From the NCBI GenBank assembly GCA_050084985.1, contig JBITNC010000001.1:165788001-165852000 (forward strand): a stretch of 64,000 nt of DNA, read 5' to 3'. Under the pieces are notes generated by a model. It searched no databases. It saw only the letters and a list, made by a program, of their open reading frames with translations, and was not told where the DNA came from. Origin of the DNA: Nageia nagi (lineage: Eukaryota; Plantae; Pinophyta). A program made the position numbers and the translations under genes. Below, piece after piece: positions 40,500 through 61,425 of this stretch. Numbering within the stretch: the stretch's first letter is position 1; every line of letters begins with the position of its first letter.

Positions 40500-41528
40500 T
40501 CAAGAAAGGTATACTCATGATGGATTTAGGTTATGAAAATGCAATATGAGATGATGATGCTCTAGCAAGATCTATAACTATGGTAGGTGTATCTTGTACC
40601 TCTAGGTCACTCTTTACATCCAATACATCCATATCCTAAAAATCCCTAACTTCCTCCTCCTACACATCCTCCTCCTCCTTTTACTCTTTATCCTAATCTC
40701 CCTTGTAATCCCATTCCTCATTCCCTCCTTGCTCATCCCCTTCCATTCCTAGAAGAATGGGTTGTACATTCTACCATCATATATTATACTCTCTTGTGTA
40801 TTGATGATGTAGAGTAGGTACAACTGATGCATGGTAATCAATAATGATCTATTTAGCATGCTATTATGTAATAACTAGATGACCTAAAAGCATAGGTAGC
40901 TAGAAATAATGAATAATGCTAGTTCATACCCATGATATTGGTATATCCTAAGAAATTGTTTACTATCTCAATACTCTATTAGGATGATAGAAATTACTGA
41001 AGCATGAGTGGTATTCAATATGGCATGAAATCATGCTCCATGATAGTTTTTCCTTATATTCCTTCAAGATAATAAGGTTGAAGTATGGATCCCACATAAT
41101 ATCATCCTCATCCAATTCATCAATGAGGACTCTCCACTACTCTAGGATATGCAAAAATTGTACTCAATCATTCATCTACCATTGAAACTTGTGTGGATCT
41201 TCTGAATCATGCATGGTAGTAATACAAGATCAAGAGATATTGATATGATCATATACCCATAAATGTATCAAGAATGAGTGAGAAACAATTCTTCCACCCT
41301 TTCTTTGATAAACAATTTTGAATATCTCTATAAATATATGATAGAATATAGGGAGCCTAAATATATCTCACACCCTACAAGAAGATACCATGAATAACAA
41401 GAATGAATTTGTTATGAAAACACTCATATTTTTATCACTATATAGTATTATATCAATAAGAATAACAATGAATAATAAGAATAATATGGTGCTATCTACC
41501 TCATCTAGGGGAACGTATATTGTATCAT
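40500..41528 (-). pseudogene. Second PMD gene, 3' half
   Basis: LLFIVILIDIILYSDK; IHLWVYDHI; LE*WRVLIDELDEDDIMWDPY; FYHPNRVLR; acidic tail at ~40620-40750. Confidence 0.82.
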
Positions 41529-41704
41529 CACTACTAGAAAAATAGAAGATTTGCATCCCAACATAGTGTAATTTATTTTTTGTGTTTTTCACTCAAAACC
41601 AACACAAATTTTGATGCAACTAACACATTAGAATTTGTATCATTTTTTGCATCTTATTTGAGTTAGTTTTTACATCCATGTTTTACATCTTAAGGGGTAT
41701 TTTT

Positions 41705-43782
41705 TATTAGTCACACAATGACATTGAGAGGAGGGGTAAATTGATGTTATATTTTTGAAATCTCAAATCTTTTATTTATAAAACTAAAACCATGTAAGAT
41801 AAAAGTTGAAACAAACTAAATTAAGGTAAGCACATCAAGGGAGAATCATACAACATAAGATATAATGAGGTTGACTAAAATGGCTACATCCTTGAATGAT
41901 ACTACTTGGATCATGGTCCAAATCTAGCCCTTGTAAAGTATAAACTCCAATCATTTACCAACACTAACTAGAAGGATCACCAACCCCAAATTTATCAGCT
42001 ATAACTAAAAGGAATACCAAACCTAAGTTCTATAGTACCAACTTCAAGTAGCACCAACCCCTATGTCAAGAAAATACTTGGACTTCAAATCTTGATCATA
42101 AGTTTGACATAAGAATGCTTTATCTATTCACAAAACCCTTCTTGGTTCGTAGCTCATCAACCTTCATACTCCTTGACTATCTCTATTTGAATCAAATTTT
42201 TATCTTAATAGCCAATGATATTCCCTCATTACCAATATGTTACAATTTTATCATCATTGAAAACATAATGCACTCACATATTAACACTTTATAACTCATA
42301 TATCTTGTCATATTTTTCATTGCAGCTCATCACTTTAGTATCTTCTCACATGCTGCTTCTCACACATTAACTCTTTTCTCAACATTACATATTCTACCTT
42401 AGTAATCTTGTATCTCACATATCCATTCACCCTATTAAAAACTCTATATTCCAATTATTTCATTCACTTTGTGTTCTTTTCTATGCACATTTTGCATTTT
42501 TCAACTCTCTCTTTGACTTGCTCCTTGTTCTTCTTTAACTACTTAATAAATCATTCACACCATATTGCTAATAATCATGCATTTCATTTATCCTATCATA
42601 AATTTCCAATACTTATAGATGGTTAATTGCACTTCAATTATTTTTTACACATTTTACTTTGGGCTAATCACTCTAATATTATCCTCTACACCTTTTGAAT
42701 TTGTTAATGGCCAACAAACTTCCTTGATGCTCGATAGAAAGTAGGATAATCGAATTTCATTTATCCTCTACATTTTCTTACAATAAATATGATTTTTTTT
42801 TACCCTTGAAAAAGTTTTATGATTCTTGAATAACTCTTTTTATTCACAAAAATTATTTTTCATACCTAACTAACATTTTTCATGTTCGATTAGTATTTTT
42901 GACCTATTTTAGTAAACTACTTCGTTTACTAGGTAATTTTTCAAAAAAAGTAGGCATGCATATACTCATTGGAAAGCTTATTTTGAGAAATATTCAATAT
43001 AAAAGAAATAAAATTTATTTTATGATCATTTTGAGAGTTATATCTTTTAAAATATTATTTATCCATTCATATGAAAAATCCTTATTGACAAAAATGCACT
43101 TTACATTGTTGGACATCACTTTGCATTGTTGGATATCACCTTTCATTATCGGCCTTCACCCTACATTTTTGGACATCATATTTCATTTTTTTTTAATCCT
43201 ACATTTTCAAATATCATATTTCATTTGTTCTATTTAACTATTCTATTACTTTATTTTATTATGTACTCTCTTTATGTACTATTCTGTTGGTGCATTTTGT
43301 TCTAAATACATGCCTATTAAATTTTGCATTATTAGACTTACATAGTTTCTATGACATATCACTAATAACTCTTATTATCATATCTCTAATCCACTCTTGA
43401 TCTTCTCTCACATACCATTATACTTCAATAATGCATATCCATGTTCTTCTACCCATGTTTGTACTATTGTACTCTTATCTTATCTATAAGCCATGTTTAT
43501 TGTTAGGCTCTCCAACTATGCTGCACACTTCTTAAATTCATAATAATCACACCTCTTCCTTAATTTTCTCTTATGATTATATGGTTTTTGTAATGATCAA
43601 GTTTCCAAATCTCATCCAAACTCCTCTACATATTGTTTCAACATTTCTTCTTTGCTTACCTTGATAACACAACAAAATGTATTCTTGACAAAACCATAGA
43701 ATGGTCACCTTTGACATTGTAGCTGAATTATCTTTATGACCAAAATATCCTTTGATAATAATGACAACACTATAGGTCAACA
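41705..43782 (-). repeat. 3' LTR of the SIRE element (~2.08 kb)
   Basis: Direct repeat of 47385-49723; ends CAACA next to the PPT. Confidence 0.9.
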
Positions 43783-45899
43783 ATCTCCCCCTTTGGCATT
43801 ATTTTCAAAACTCTAGTCATATTCTTCTCTCCCCCTTTTTATCAACAATATCAAATTAAAGGTGTATGCTTTGATCTTGAGGGCACTACATGATTGTAGG
43901 TTATTTATATAAACACTTAAACATATCCTATCAAAAAATACATCTTGAAAATACCAATGGTAGAAATAGGAAAATATAAGTTACCATAAAATGTAAGTAG
44001 AAATAAAATTCTATGATCTTCTCTCCCTATGTTCATTGATAATGATAGATGTAAGTTTTTCCCATAAAATCACATATTGGATCACTTCTTAACAACAAGG
44101 AGCATTCAACCAACAAAATAATAGTATTATATGTGAGCAATAATAATCATTTCAATACCTAGTACTATGACATAAATAGTAATAATATAACCTAACTACA
44201 AGTAAGATTGATTCAAAAAGGAACCTTAACTAGTGTTCTAAAATCAACTCAAAAAGATAACTCAATATCCATTACAAATGAGTAGCATCATTTCTATTCA
44301 ATACCATGAGTGATACTAGTGACACTTAGACATGAAACCATGCATTCCATTCTAGTATTTGACAACACAATGAGCCCATAATGGGTATCAACCCCATCCA
44401 TCTCAAGATGACTCCTTCACTAGCATCATGGGTATATTAAGCATAGAGAAGCATGAAATTGAAGTAAACCACAATTGAAATGTATTATGTTCCATCATTA
44501 ACAACTTGGGAATATTTAGCATAAGAATATAAATAATATCAACATCAAGTGATTAACACCATTGTTATCACATACTAACACATCAACATGATACCTACAT
44601 CATGAAAACTCCTCTACTATAACAACAAACACTAATTTTCCAAGAAAAATTCATTGTTAACTCTATGCCAATTCTTGTTGAGTCACACCATCCACATAGT
44701 TAACCACATAGGAGAATAAAAATAACATAAAAGGTAATTACTCCCCTTGAGATTGTGATTCTAATAAGCTTTATTTTATTATTTTATACCAACATTACAT
44801 ACACACAACAACTTATAGTACCATGAAACCAATGCAATACCACATCCAAATAATGACAACTTCATGATTTTACTCAATGTCTTATCCTTTCCATAGTTTC
44901 TCTATGAGGAGTGCATTCTCCTCTCTTTATGCACATGAACCATGATTGATTGTATATCAAACTTTTAAGTAATCATTATCTAGTAGCAACAACTTGAGCA
45001 TATCATGTCAACTTTAGTCAATATCATCATAGCAATGATATCATCCAAATATGAATTCCATCAAGGTAAGTTTGTATAGCATAATCAAACAACTTTAATG
45101 AACATATGACTTTCCTTGACTATACAACTTAACATCATTGGTATACAAACAACTAGACATAACTGATATGGACCTGGGTAGTTTTAGTATGAATAAATTA
45201 CCAATATTATTATCACCTGACAACACCACCAACCACTCATGCATCCATTTACTGGTAATAGCAACATTGGTGCATAACTCAATATTTGATAATTTAACAA
45301 TATCAATTCAGCAATAATAACTATTTAAAGTAGTAGCCTTACTTTGCAGCATTAGTCATATGCTGATAAATTTATTCAACATCAACATGATAATTTTGGC
45401 ATATAACATGACATTTAACAACTTGTACCATCTTACTAATGATAAAAACACTCAACTTATATTCATCCAACATCTAGCAACTACACCATACATCCTCATG
45501 GAGAATATAGTCCCCCTAACCTCTTACTCACAACCCTTAGGTAACTAAATAGGCCCATCTTACACTTATAGAAGCTTTAATATTTTTTTTGAAATTTCTC
45601 CCCCTAAGGATGTGCTACCATTGAACCTATCAATGTTGTGTAAGTGTGACCACTTCCAAATTTTGTTATGATCTCTTAGTTATATTTAGCTATCTAAGGA
45701 GGTAAGTCTTCTCCATTTCTTTCTTTCTCTATATCTTCTTGTGCTTGGGTTATCTATTATTAGTCTTCTCTTCTTTAGCATTTTGATAATTTCTTCTTGG
45801 AGGTTGTCTCTTATTCATTTTTGATAGAAATTTATCCTTCATTATTTCATGAACATGATTTCTTCCTTGTATTTATTTCCTTCTTTGTGGCTAATGAAA

Positions 45900-47320
45900 T
45901 ACACTATCCTACCACCTATTTGATGCAAAGGTGCTTCTACAAAATCTTACTATATGTCTATGATTATGAAATTTAAAATATCTTACATCATATTCAACTT
46001 GAGGGGCATATGTATATCTATTAGTATAATTATTTGGTCTAATGTTTTCTCTATAGTTGATATCTCTATGACCATAATAGTTGCATCTATAAGATATCAG
46101 ATTTTCATCTAGCATAGATATAAATAAGCTTTTTATTACATAATTGCTATGCATGATATTTGATATGCATCTAGCTACCTTATGTCCATATTGATTACAT
46201 TTAAAATAATAGCTATAAAATGCATTATTGTAGATAAGATGAGATTGGTAAAACATATTTTTCTAGTTCTATTTTGTTGTAAATCTTCTTTATTTTTGTT
46301 GTATATATGATTACTAATGTTGATGTGATGTAGTCTTTTATTGATATCTACTTTGATATGCTACTCCTTGATATCTTTTCCTCTTATTATCTAGTATTCT
46401 ATGCTTCAACTTTTTTATTTTCCTTTTTGAGATCTACTTCTATCTCTTTTGTAGGTAGGTTTGATGATTCAACTTAATGATCCTTTTTCTTAGATTCCAT
46501 AATATTGAAACTCTTCTTCTCTATAGCTTTGGAGGATGATGATTATTCTTCATCAAATCTAAGACCATATTTGATCTTGGGGTCTTTTTGTTGTCTCAAC
46601 ATATCATCTAGAAACCCTATGCTCTTCTTAGACTTAAGGATTGTGGTCACCTTCTAATTAGGTTCATCTAGGTGCTTCATTAAGGAAGCAATCTCTTCTT
46701 TAAGTTTGTGATGGGTTGCATATTTCTTCTTAGCTTGAATTTTAAGGGTCTCTTGAATTCTTCTAGCTTCTTCCACTTATAACATTAGATCTTATATGAC
46801 TATTTACTATCTCTTCACACTTATTACATTATTCCACATGTAATCTTAAGGCTTTCTCCTTTGCTTAGGTTGCTTCAAGTTGTGTATTCAAGATGGAAAG
46901 CTCTTCATCAAATTTACTATAGTATTTAGCACTGATATAAGCTTGTGATTTCAAATCTTCTTCTATCCTCTTAGTATTTTGAAGTTTTATACTTAATTCT
47001 TCAAGCTAATCATCATATTCTTTCAATTTATTTTATGTTCTTCTATTCTTTATTATATTATCATCCAAATATTCTAAGGAAACTATGAGCTCTACTTCAA
47101 TATCAACTACTGCTTCTATCTCTTCATTTTCAGAACCTTACAAGTTATCAAGTTTGTTTTCTTTATCTTCTATAATAAAAGTTTTATCTAATTCTTCATA
47201 TAAATCAATAATTTCTTTTATCTTAGAAATTAGAGATAAGACTTCTTTGCTAAACTTTTTTTTATTGTACTTCAACAAACATAAGTGTCTTCTTAGCTCC
47301 TTTCCTTTTCCCCATTGTGT
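45900..47320 (-). pseudogene. SIRE gag remnant: coiled coil plus three CCHC knuckles
   Basis: SIGFLDDMLRQQKDPKIKYGLRFDE (Sirevirus-like LD-IL--Q----K-GLG motif, ~46550-46625); CNQYGHKVARC, CNYYGHRDINY and FHNHRHIVRFC in ORF 45909-46256. Confidence 0.8.
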
Positions 47321-47384
47321 ACTAATCTAAGATCTCCCCAAGTTGGTTAAGCTTATATTTAAGGGATTTTTCTTTAATACCAAT

Positions 47385-49723
47385 TATTGGTCACATAATG
47401 ACATTGAGAGGGGGGGGGGGGGGAAATTAGTGTGTTTATTTTTTAAAATCTCAAATATTCTATTTATAAAACTAAATCCATGGAAGATAAAAATTGAAAT
47501 AAACTAAGGCATGGTAGGCACATCAAGGGAGCATCATACAACACAAGATATAACAAGGTTCACTAATATGGCTACATTCTTAGATAAGAGTGTTTGGATC
47601 ATGGTCCAAGCCAACCCTTATAAATACTTAACTTTATAATCATTTACCAGTAACAAATGAAAGGAGCACCAATCCCAAATTTATCAACTATAACTAAAAG
47701 GAACACCAACCCCTAAGTTCTATAGCATCAACTTTAAGAAGCACCAACCCGTATTCCAAACACCAACTTGGAAGAGGTTGATCATAATTTTGACATAAGA
47801 ATTCCTTTTGTGTTCATAGAACCCTTCTTATTCTATAGCTCATCAACCTTCACACTCCCTGGCTATCTTTGTTTGAATCAACTTTCTATGTTAATATCTA
47901 TTGCTCTACCCTCTTTGCTAATATGTTATAATTTGCTCATCATTGACAACATAATGCACTCAATATCAACACTTTACAACTCATATATCTTGTCATATTT
48001 TTCATTATAGCTCATCATTTTAGTATCTTCTCATATATTGCTTCTTACACTGACTCTTTTCTCAATATTACATATTCTGCCTTAGTAACCTTGTAGCTCA
48101 CATGTCCATTCACCTTGGTAACAACTCCACCATCGAATTATTTCATTCACTTTATGTTCTTCTCTATGCACACAAAACATTTTGAATCTCTACTTTATTT
48201 TAATTACTCATTGTTATTCTTTAACTACTCAATAAGTCATTCATATCATACTACTATTTCATCCACAAACCTCTCTTAATCAATAAATCTACTCATGATG
48301 GTCATTTAGTTACAAAATAATGAGCATAAGAAGGTTATGTACATTACATATGATATAAATTTTGCTAAAAATTTCAAAATGCAATAAAACCTCCACTATT
48401 GGATAGATTATGTCATGTAGATGTGAATCAGGTGGTCATATGACCCCTTCTATTCCAAAAATGAGCATTTGGCAACCATTTTCATAATTACTACAGAAAA
48501 AATGATGCCCAAGATAATTGTATTGCATTTATCCTATCATAAACACCCAAAAATTATAGAGGGTTAATCACACTTCAATTAACTTGTACACATTATACTT
48601 TATGCTGATCACACTAAGATTATCCTTTACACTTTTTAACTTCATTAATGGCCAACAAAGTTCCTTGATGCCTGATAGAAAGAGGGAAAATTGAATTTCA
48701 TTTATCCCCCATATTTGTTATCCTAAATATAATTTATTTTGATCCCCAAAAAATGTATATGATGCACAACTAACCCTTTTGATTCCCAACAAATATTTTT
48801 TTATCCCAACTAATATTTTTCATGCCCGACTAGTATTTTTGACCTATATTAGTAAACTGCTTCATTTATTGTGCAATTGTTCAACAAAGGTAGGAATGCA
48901 TATATTCATTGGAAAACTTATTCTGAGAACTATTAAATAAAAAATAAATTTAATCAATTTTATATCTTTTATATATTTTATACATATTCAAGTATTACTA
49001 ATCCATTTTTATGAAAAATCCTTATTGACACAACTCCACTTTGCATTATCAGACATCACCTTACATTATCAGATATCACCTTTCATTGTCAATCTTCACC
49101 TTGCATTTTTGGACATCAAATTTCATTATCAAACTTTATATTACATTTTCATAAATCATTCTCCATTTATTCTATTTAATTATTTTGTTGCTACATTTTG
49201 TTATGTATTCTCTTTGTGCACTATTTTGCTACTACATTTTGTTTTAAATACATGGTTGCTAACTTTTGCATTATCAAACTTACATAGTTTCTCTAATATC
49301 TCACCAAGGACTTTTCTTAGAATATCTCTACTCCATATTGACCTTATCTCACATACCATTGTACTTCAATAATGCATATCCATTTTCTTCTACCCATCTC
49401 TACACTATTGCACTCTTGTCTTATCTGTAAGCCATGTTTATTATTAGGCTCTTCAACTTTGTTGAACACTTATTAAATTCATAATAATCACACCTCATCC
49501 TTAATTTTTGCTCATTCTTCTTTGGTTTTTACAATGATAAAGTTTTCAAAGATCATTCAAACTCCTCTGCACACTATTTTAGCATTTCTTCTTTTCTTAC
49601 TTGGATAACACAATTAAATGTATTATTGACAACACCATAGAATGATCACCTTTGATATTATATATGAATTATCTTTATGACCACAATCTCCTTTGAAAAT
49701 AATGACAACACCATAATTAAATA
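47385..49723 (-). repeat. 5' LTR of the SIRE element (~2.34 kb)
   Basis: Direct repeat of 41705-43782 with an extra ~257 bp at ~48257-48513. Confidence 0.9.
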
Positions 49724-50223
49724 TTTTTTTTTTTGCATCCAAACACATTATTTCACATCATTTTTACATCCTTTTTAACATCAATTAGGGTCTATTTTTG
49801 TATCCTTTTATGTCTTATTTTTGTGTCATTTGTTGTCTTGAGTTGCATCAATTTTTAAGAAAAAAAAAATTAAATAATAAATATAATTATATTTAATTTC
49901 ATTAATTTGATAATTAAAATATATTATACTTATATATCAAAATATATACATAAAAAAATCAAAATATGTTAAAAATGGGCTAAAATACACCAAAAAATTT
50001 ATATATACATCAAAATGATAATATATGCATCAAAATAATGATAACATCCCTATAAAAATATGCCAAAATGATATACATATATACATCTAAATATGCCAAA
50101 ATGATATACATATACATCTATATCATTACATCCACATCATACTATATGTTAAAAATGATGCAATGGTGTTCACATCATGAGTACATATTACTAGCCCTCA
50201 ATATCAATATCCTCACTAGATGA

Positions 50224-55470
<5,247 letters not shown>

Positions 55471-55660
55471 TGTGCTCCCTCTTGAAACTCAATTTTGAAG
55501 CCCCTTTGACCTAGAAACAACTTTGACAAAAATGATAGGTGAATCCTTTTTATTTTTTGAGTTATTAATGTAATCTAATGCAAAAAAGGATGCAAATTTG
55601 CATCCTTTTTTAGGTTTAATTTTGTGTTTGAATATGATTTTGGAAAAAAAAATTAAAAAT

Positions 55661-56293
55661 TAAGGTTAGTTGTTAATGGTTAGGGTTAGTAGTTAGGGTA
55701 GGATTAGTGGTTAGGGTTAGGGTTAGTGGTTAGTGGTTAAGGTTAGGATTAGGGTTAGTATTGGTTAAGGTTAGGGTTAGTAGTGTTTAGGGTTAGGGTT
55801 AGTAGTGTTTAGGGTTAGGGTTAGTATTGGTTAGGGTTAGGGTTAAGGTTAAAACTATTGCAATTCATCAAATCAGACTTATCATATCAACCAAATGTAA
55901 TTATATTGATGTGCACTTATGTTGCTTAATTTATAAAATATATAGAGATCTTGTTAATGCAAGTGAGAGGGCCCTCAAACCATCATATACTAGCTTGGTT
56001 GAGTTCAAATATTTATAAATTTAATTTTTTATAAAATTATATTAAAATTAAGGTATTAATTATATAAGGTTAGTGTTAATTTTATTAAATTATATTAATT
56101 ATATAGGGTTAGTGTTAAGGTAATTAGGATTAGTGGTTAGGGGTAGGGGTAGGGGTAGGGTTAATGATTAGTGCTTAGAGTTAGGGTTAGACATGGTTAG
56201 TGGTTAGTGGTTAGGGTTAGATGTGGTTAGTAGTTAGGATTAGGGTTAGGTTTAAGGTTAGGGTTAGTAGTGTTTAGGATTAGGGTTAGGGTT
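55661..56293 (+). repeat. Two degenerate telomere-like (TTAGGG / TTAGTGG) arrays
   Basis: 55661-55850 and ~56065-56293 are rich in GGTTAG units. Confidence 0.9.
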
Positions 56294-57350
56294 AAAACTA
56301 CTATAGTTCATAAAATTAGACTTATCTTATCATCTAGATATAATTATCTTAATGTACACTTGTGCTACTTAATTTATAAAATATATAGAGAGCTTATCAA
56401 TGCAATTGAGAGGTACCCCAACCCATCATAAACTAGCATTATTGAGTTCAAACATTGCACAACACTTTATTTTAAGATCAATCATGAATATTATAAGTTG
56501 CATAGAATTATTTCAATCATGTGAGAAATTATCCATCAAGTAGAATATTGATGTGTCCCTTGAATATGATGGGTGATAATGGGAAAGTGCTTATTGGTAT
56601 TTTGTGAGCTCAACATGAAATTTATGCTAAAGAAGTTGATAATATCAGAAGTAAAAGCTCTACATATTTTAAAATTTTTCTTCAATCAATTCTCTATTCT
56701 ATCTTAGTAATAAAATTAGATTTATCATTAATGGTATTAAAACTACTATATTCCATCAAATCATACTTATCATATCACCCAAATAAAATTATCTTGATAT
56801 ACACTTATGTTGCTTAATTTATAAAATATATAGAGAGCTCATCAATGCAAGTGAGAGGCCCCCACCCTATCATAGACTAACATGGTTGAGTTCAAACATT
56901 GCATAGCAATTTAATTAAAGATTGATCATGAATATTATAAGTTATAAGTTGCATAGAATTATCCCAATGATGTGAGAAATTATTTTTCAAGTAGACGATT
57001 GACGTGTCCCTTGAATATGATGGTGTGATAATGGGGAAGTGCATATTTTTATTTTGTAGGATCACAATGAGATTTATGTGATAGGAGTTGATAATATTGA
57101 AAGGACAAGTTCTCCATAATTTTGAAATTTTCCTTTAAGCAATTCTCCATTATATCATGGTCATCAAATCAAAATTATTGTTAATGATATTAAAATTGAT
57201 GTAGTTCATTGAATCAAACTTATTTTATCACCTAGATATAATTATCTTGATGTACACTTATGCTGCTTAATTTATAAAATATATAAAGAGCTCATTAATG
57301 CAAGTGACAGGGTTTAAAACCCATGATAGATTAGCATGGTTGAGTTCAAG
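55851..57350 (+). repeat. About 445-bp period tandem repeat (4 copies of a ~160-bp A block; a B block in copies 2 and 3)
   Basis: AAAACTA...ACTTATCA...CTTAATTTATAAAATATATAGAG...GAGTTCAA starts at 55851, 56294, 56739 and 57192. Confidence 0.9.
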
Positions 57351-58939
57351 CCTTATGTCCAATTTATCTAGTTTTTGACATAGACCCATCATATCTTCTC
57401 ACAAAATTAGCCAATTTTGAGTTAATCCTTGTATCCATTTTAGAATGAAAAATAGTATTCAATCACTCTTTAGGTTCAAAAGGAAAAATTCTCAATAATA
57501 CCATTTTTGAAAAGTAATTAAAGATTACTTTTTAGCACTCTACTTAACACTCTTCACACTACATATTTACTATAGCCCTAAAGAGTATCAATTAATTCAA
57601 ATCATGGTAAGGTCAATATTCATTTTCCAAGATAAAATTGTTCCCCAATTATTAATGTAGTAAAGCAACCCAGTTTACAAATAAGAGTAGGCCCCTTTCT
57701 CCAAAGGCTTACAACATCTCTGACATGGAACAAAAGTAATATTATACACCCTATAACAATGGTTACAAGAAAAAGGGTTCACACTCATAATTTGGCATAC
57801 AAAAATTAAAGAGATAGATTTTCTTAACAATTCAACACTCTATATAAATATGAACTAAATAATAACACCCAGGCACAATATAATATCTAGTAAGACCAAC
57901 CTTATATTACAATCATATATTATAAAGGGATTAGTTTTTCCCTTTTAACTACATAACATTTTCCATTACTAAATGCCCAACTAATAAATCAATAACATAA
58001 GTGACTATCTCATTCTCAAGGATAAACTCATCTTATGGCAAGAGAACTTGTCTCTAAATTAAGGTTCTAGACTCAGAGTACTAATAACCACTTTAACAAT
58101 GTGAGTCATTACTTTCACATAACTGTTGCCTTTATGTTTACATACCAAGTCTACAAAATAACCATAAAAGGTAATTATCATTCCTATCAAATCAATAATA
58201 AAGTCTAACATTAAAGGTCAACTCATCTATCAAATCAATAAAGCAAATAACCATTAATCTCTTTTATAGTTTTATAGCATCTTAACAAGTAATATTTAAT
58301 TAATCTTTAAGATACCACATAATAACCTTCCCATTACTCATTTATCTATAGTCCATGAAAACCAAATGCAATCTGTTCCTCTTCAACAAATGACTAAACA
58401 ATATAATAAGATTAGCCTATTTTTACCAGTAACATCCAAAAATGTGTAACAATAGGCAAAATATCAACTTGAGCATAAATGGCCAACATGACCTTAAAAG
58501 GATCACATGAAAACTATAGGTCACTTATTCATTTTATAAGGAAGAGTACAATGCCCTATGTAGCCTTCCTTCCAACACAAGTAGGGATGCCCTCATCCTT
58601 CTCATTCAATGAATTTCTAATTGAATTATTAATCTTTGTAAAATTATTAGCAAACCTAATGCATTTTTCCTATTTGAACCATTTTCCATAAATTATAAAT
58701 TAAAACCCTTAAGTTTTTGGTAAAATTTGAATGTTTAACAAGCCATTAAAAATATTCCTTGATTTTTAAATTTTTGTTATAATAAATAAGTTAGATATTT
58801 TTCTAGTTCTAGCTTTATTTTGGACAATCTGATCATTTATATTCATAGTTTAGGATCTTGTAATTTAGAATCTTATAATTTTCTTCTTTGACACTATTGG
58901 TGTACTAATCTCTTTTTTTCTTTAAATTATAAAATAGGT

Positions 58940-59797
58940 TAGTGAACTATCTTATATCATTATTTCAAGGCATGGGAGAAGTGATGTGTCATCTAATTCA
59001 AATGTTTAAATGCTACTACCAAACTAAAAGAAGGTAAATTGAATAAGAATGTACCTTTTTTGTAGACAAAATCAAAGGGGTATATCTAGTCTACCTGAAA
59101 ACTCTAAGAGAGGAAAATTGGCTATAAGAATGTACAAGGATATGGATGAAGAATGAAATTGAAATGAAACAAAAAGTTGTAGAAGAAAAAATAGATGAAG
59201 ATGATAAAAATGCATTAAATATCGCTATTAGATACAAGATTGAGATAATCATTTTTGTTAATATTTTTATAAGAATTTATTTTTCATGTAAATATGTGTA
59301 GGCACTAATAACATTTTTAATGTAAATATGTGTAAGTACTTTCTCTCCCCACAATATAGGCATATGGTCAAAACTTCATAATATAAAATAATAATGAGAG
59401 AAGAATGACATTTGACTATGGAATGATGGCTGATTTTGACTAAGAAAGTTGTGCAAGTTCAAGAGATACAAACTTGATACAAGGAAAATTAAAATATGTT
59501 GGAAAAAGTAAAGAAATTTTTCAATTAGATTATAGGTCATTATAACATGTGATATTCAAATGTAATTGGTATGATAGACTTGATAGAAGAACAATCTTGT
59601 ATGATATACCTAGTGATTACTTTGCAATTGACTCCACATGTACTTTACCTAATAGTAGAGAGCCTTATATTTTATTGCAACATTACAGTCAAATATATCT
59701 CATCCCAAATGTTATAGATGATAAAAAGTGGTTTGTAATTGAATGTAATCCTATAGGAAAACATATTGTACATCTTGATGAGGAAAATAATTTTTAA
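58940..59797 (+). pseudogene. CACTA Tnp2/TnpD transposase C-terminal remnant (DUF4216 region)
   Basis: RMTFDYGMMADFD...KYVGKSKEIFQLDYRSL*HVIFKCNWYD...REPYILLQHYSQIYLIPNVIDDKKWFVIECNP. Confidence 0.85.
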
Positions 59798-60239
59798 TGG
59801 TATTATTGTAATTGATGGATGTTGTGTTAATGCCATTGGATGGAATATTCCTTATTATATACTTATTATATGTATATTGAAATTTTTATATGTATATCTT
59901 ACTCATTGCTTATGGTATAATCTATGTACACTTTTTCTTCTTAATTGATGGGATCATATGTGTGAATCATCATGATTTGATATATATATATATATATGCA
60001 TGCAAGTTTAAATATTTGACAATGGTTTTATATGGTATATTTTATAATTTTTGGGATTTTGTAACTTTTAACATTCTTTGGTTTGATTGTATTAGCTTAA
60101 TCATTACTTTTGTGAGAGTTCAATTAGTCTTTGAGAAGAACTTGATTTCCAAATTTTGAAATGGTCTATATTGGTACATCTAGAAATATTTCCCAAGTGG
60201 TTTATAATGTAAAAGAGTTTAAGGGAATCCTTTTTGTAG

Positions 60240-61425
<1,186 letters not shown>

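Larger units (their letters stand above)
41705..49723 (-). mobile_element. SIRE/Sirevirus-type Ty1/copia LTR element, internally deleted
   Basis: LTRs at 41705-43782 and 47385-49723 (clearly more diverged than the 12782/20184 pair); TTTTT flanks; decayed tRNA-Met PBS at 47371-47382; PPT AAAGGGGGAGAT at 43783-43794 with extra PPT-like copies. Confidence 0.9.

Noticed and set aside
41368-41592. 74-aa ORF as a standalone gene
   Set aside because: It is a chimeric frame that starts inside the CACTA left end and runs into the PMD 3' half.
42408-43783. Hydrophobic ORFs (also 47768-49372) that could be read as membrane or env-like proteins
   Set aside because: They lie within the SIRE LTRs, and the frames are not conserved between the two LTR copies.
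55661-56293. True telomere or chromosome-fusion scar
   Set aside because: The arrays are short, degenerate, single-orientation and enclosed by CACTA termini.
55851-57350. CRISPR-like repeat-spacer array
   Set aside because: Repeats are ~160 bp, two spacers are homologous, the context is eukaryotic, and there are no cas genes.
57590-58700. Coding-like stretch inside the CACTA (LINE or other insertion?)
   Set aside because: No recognisable domain or termini.
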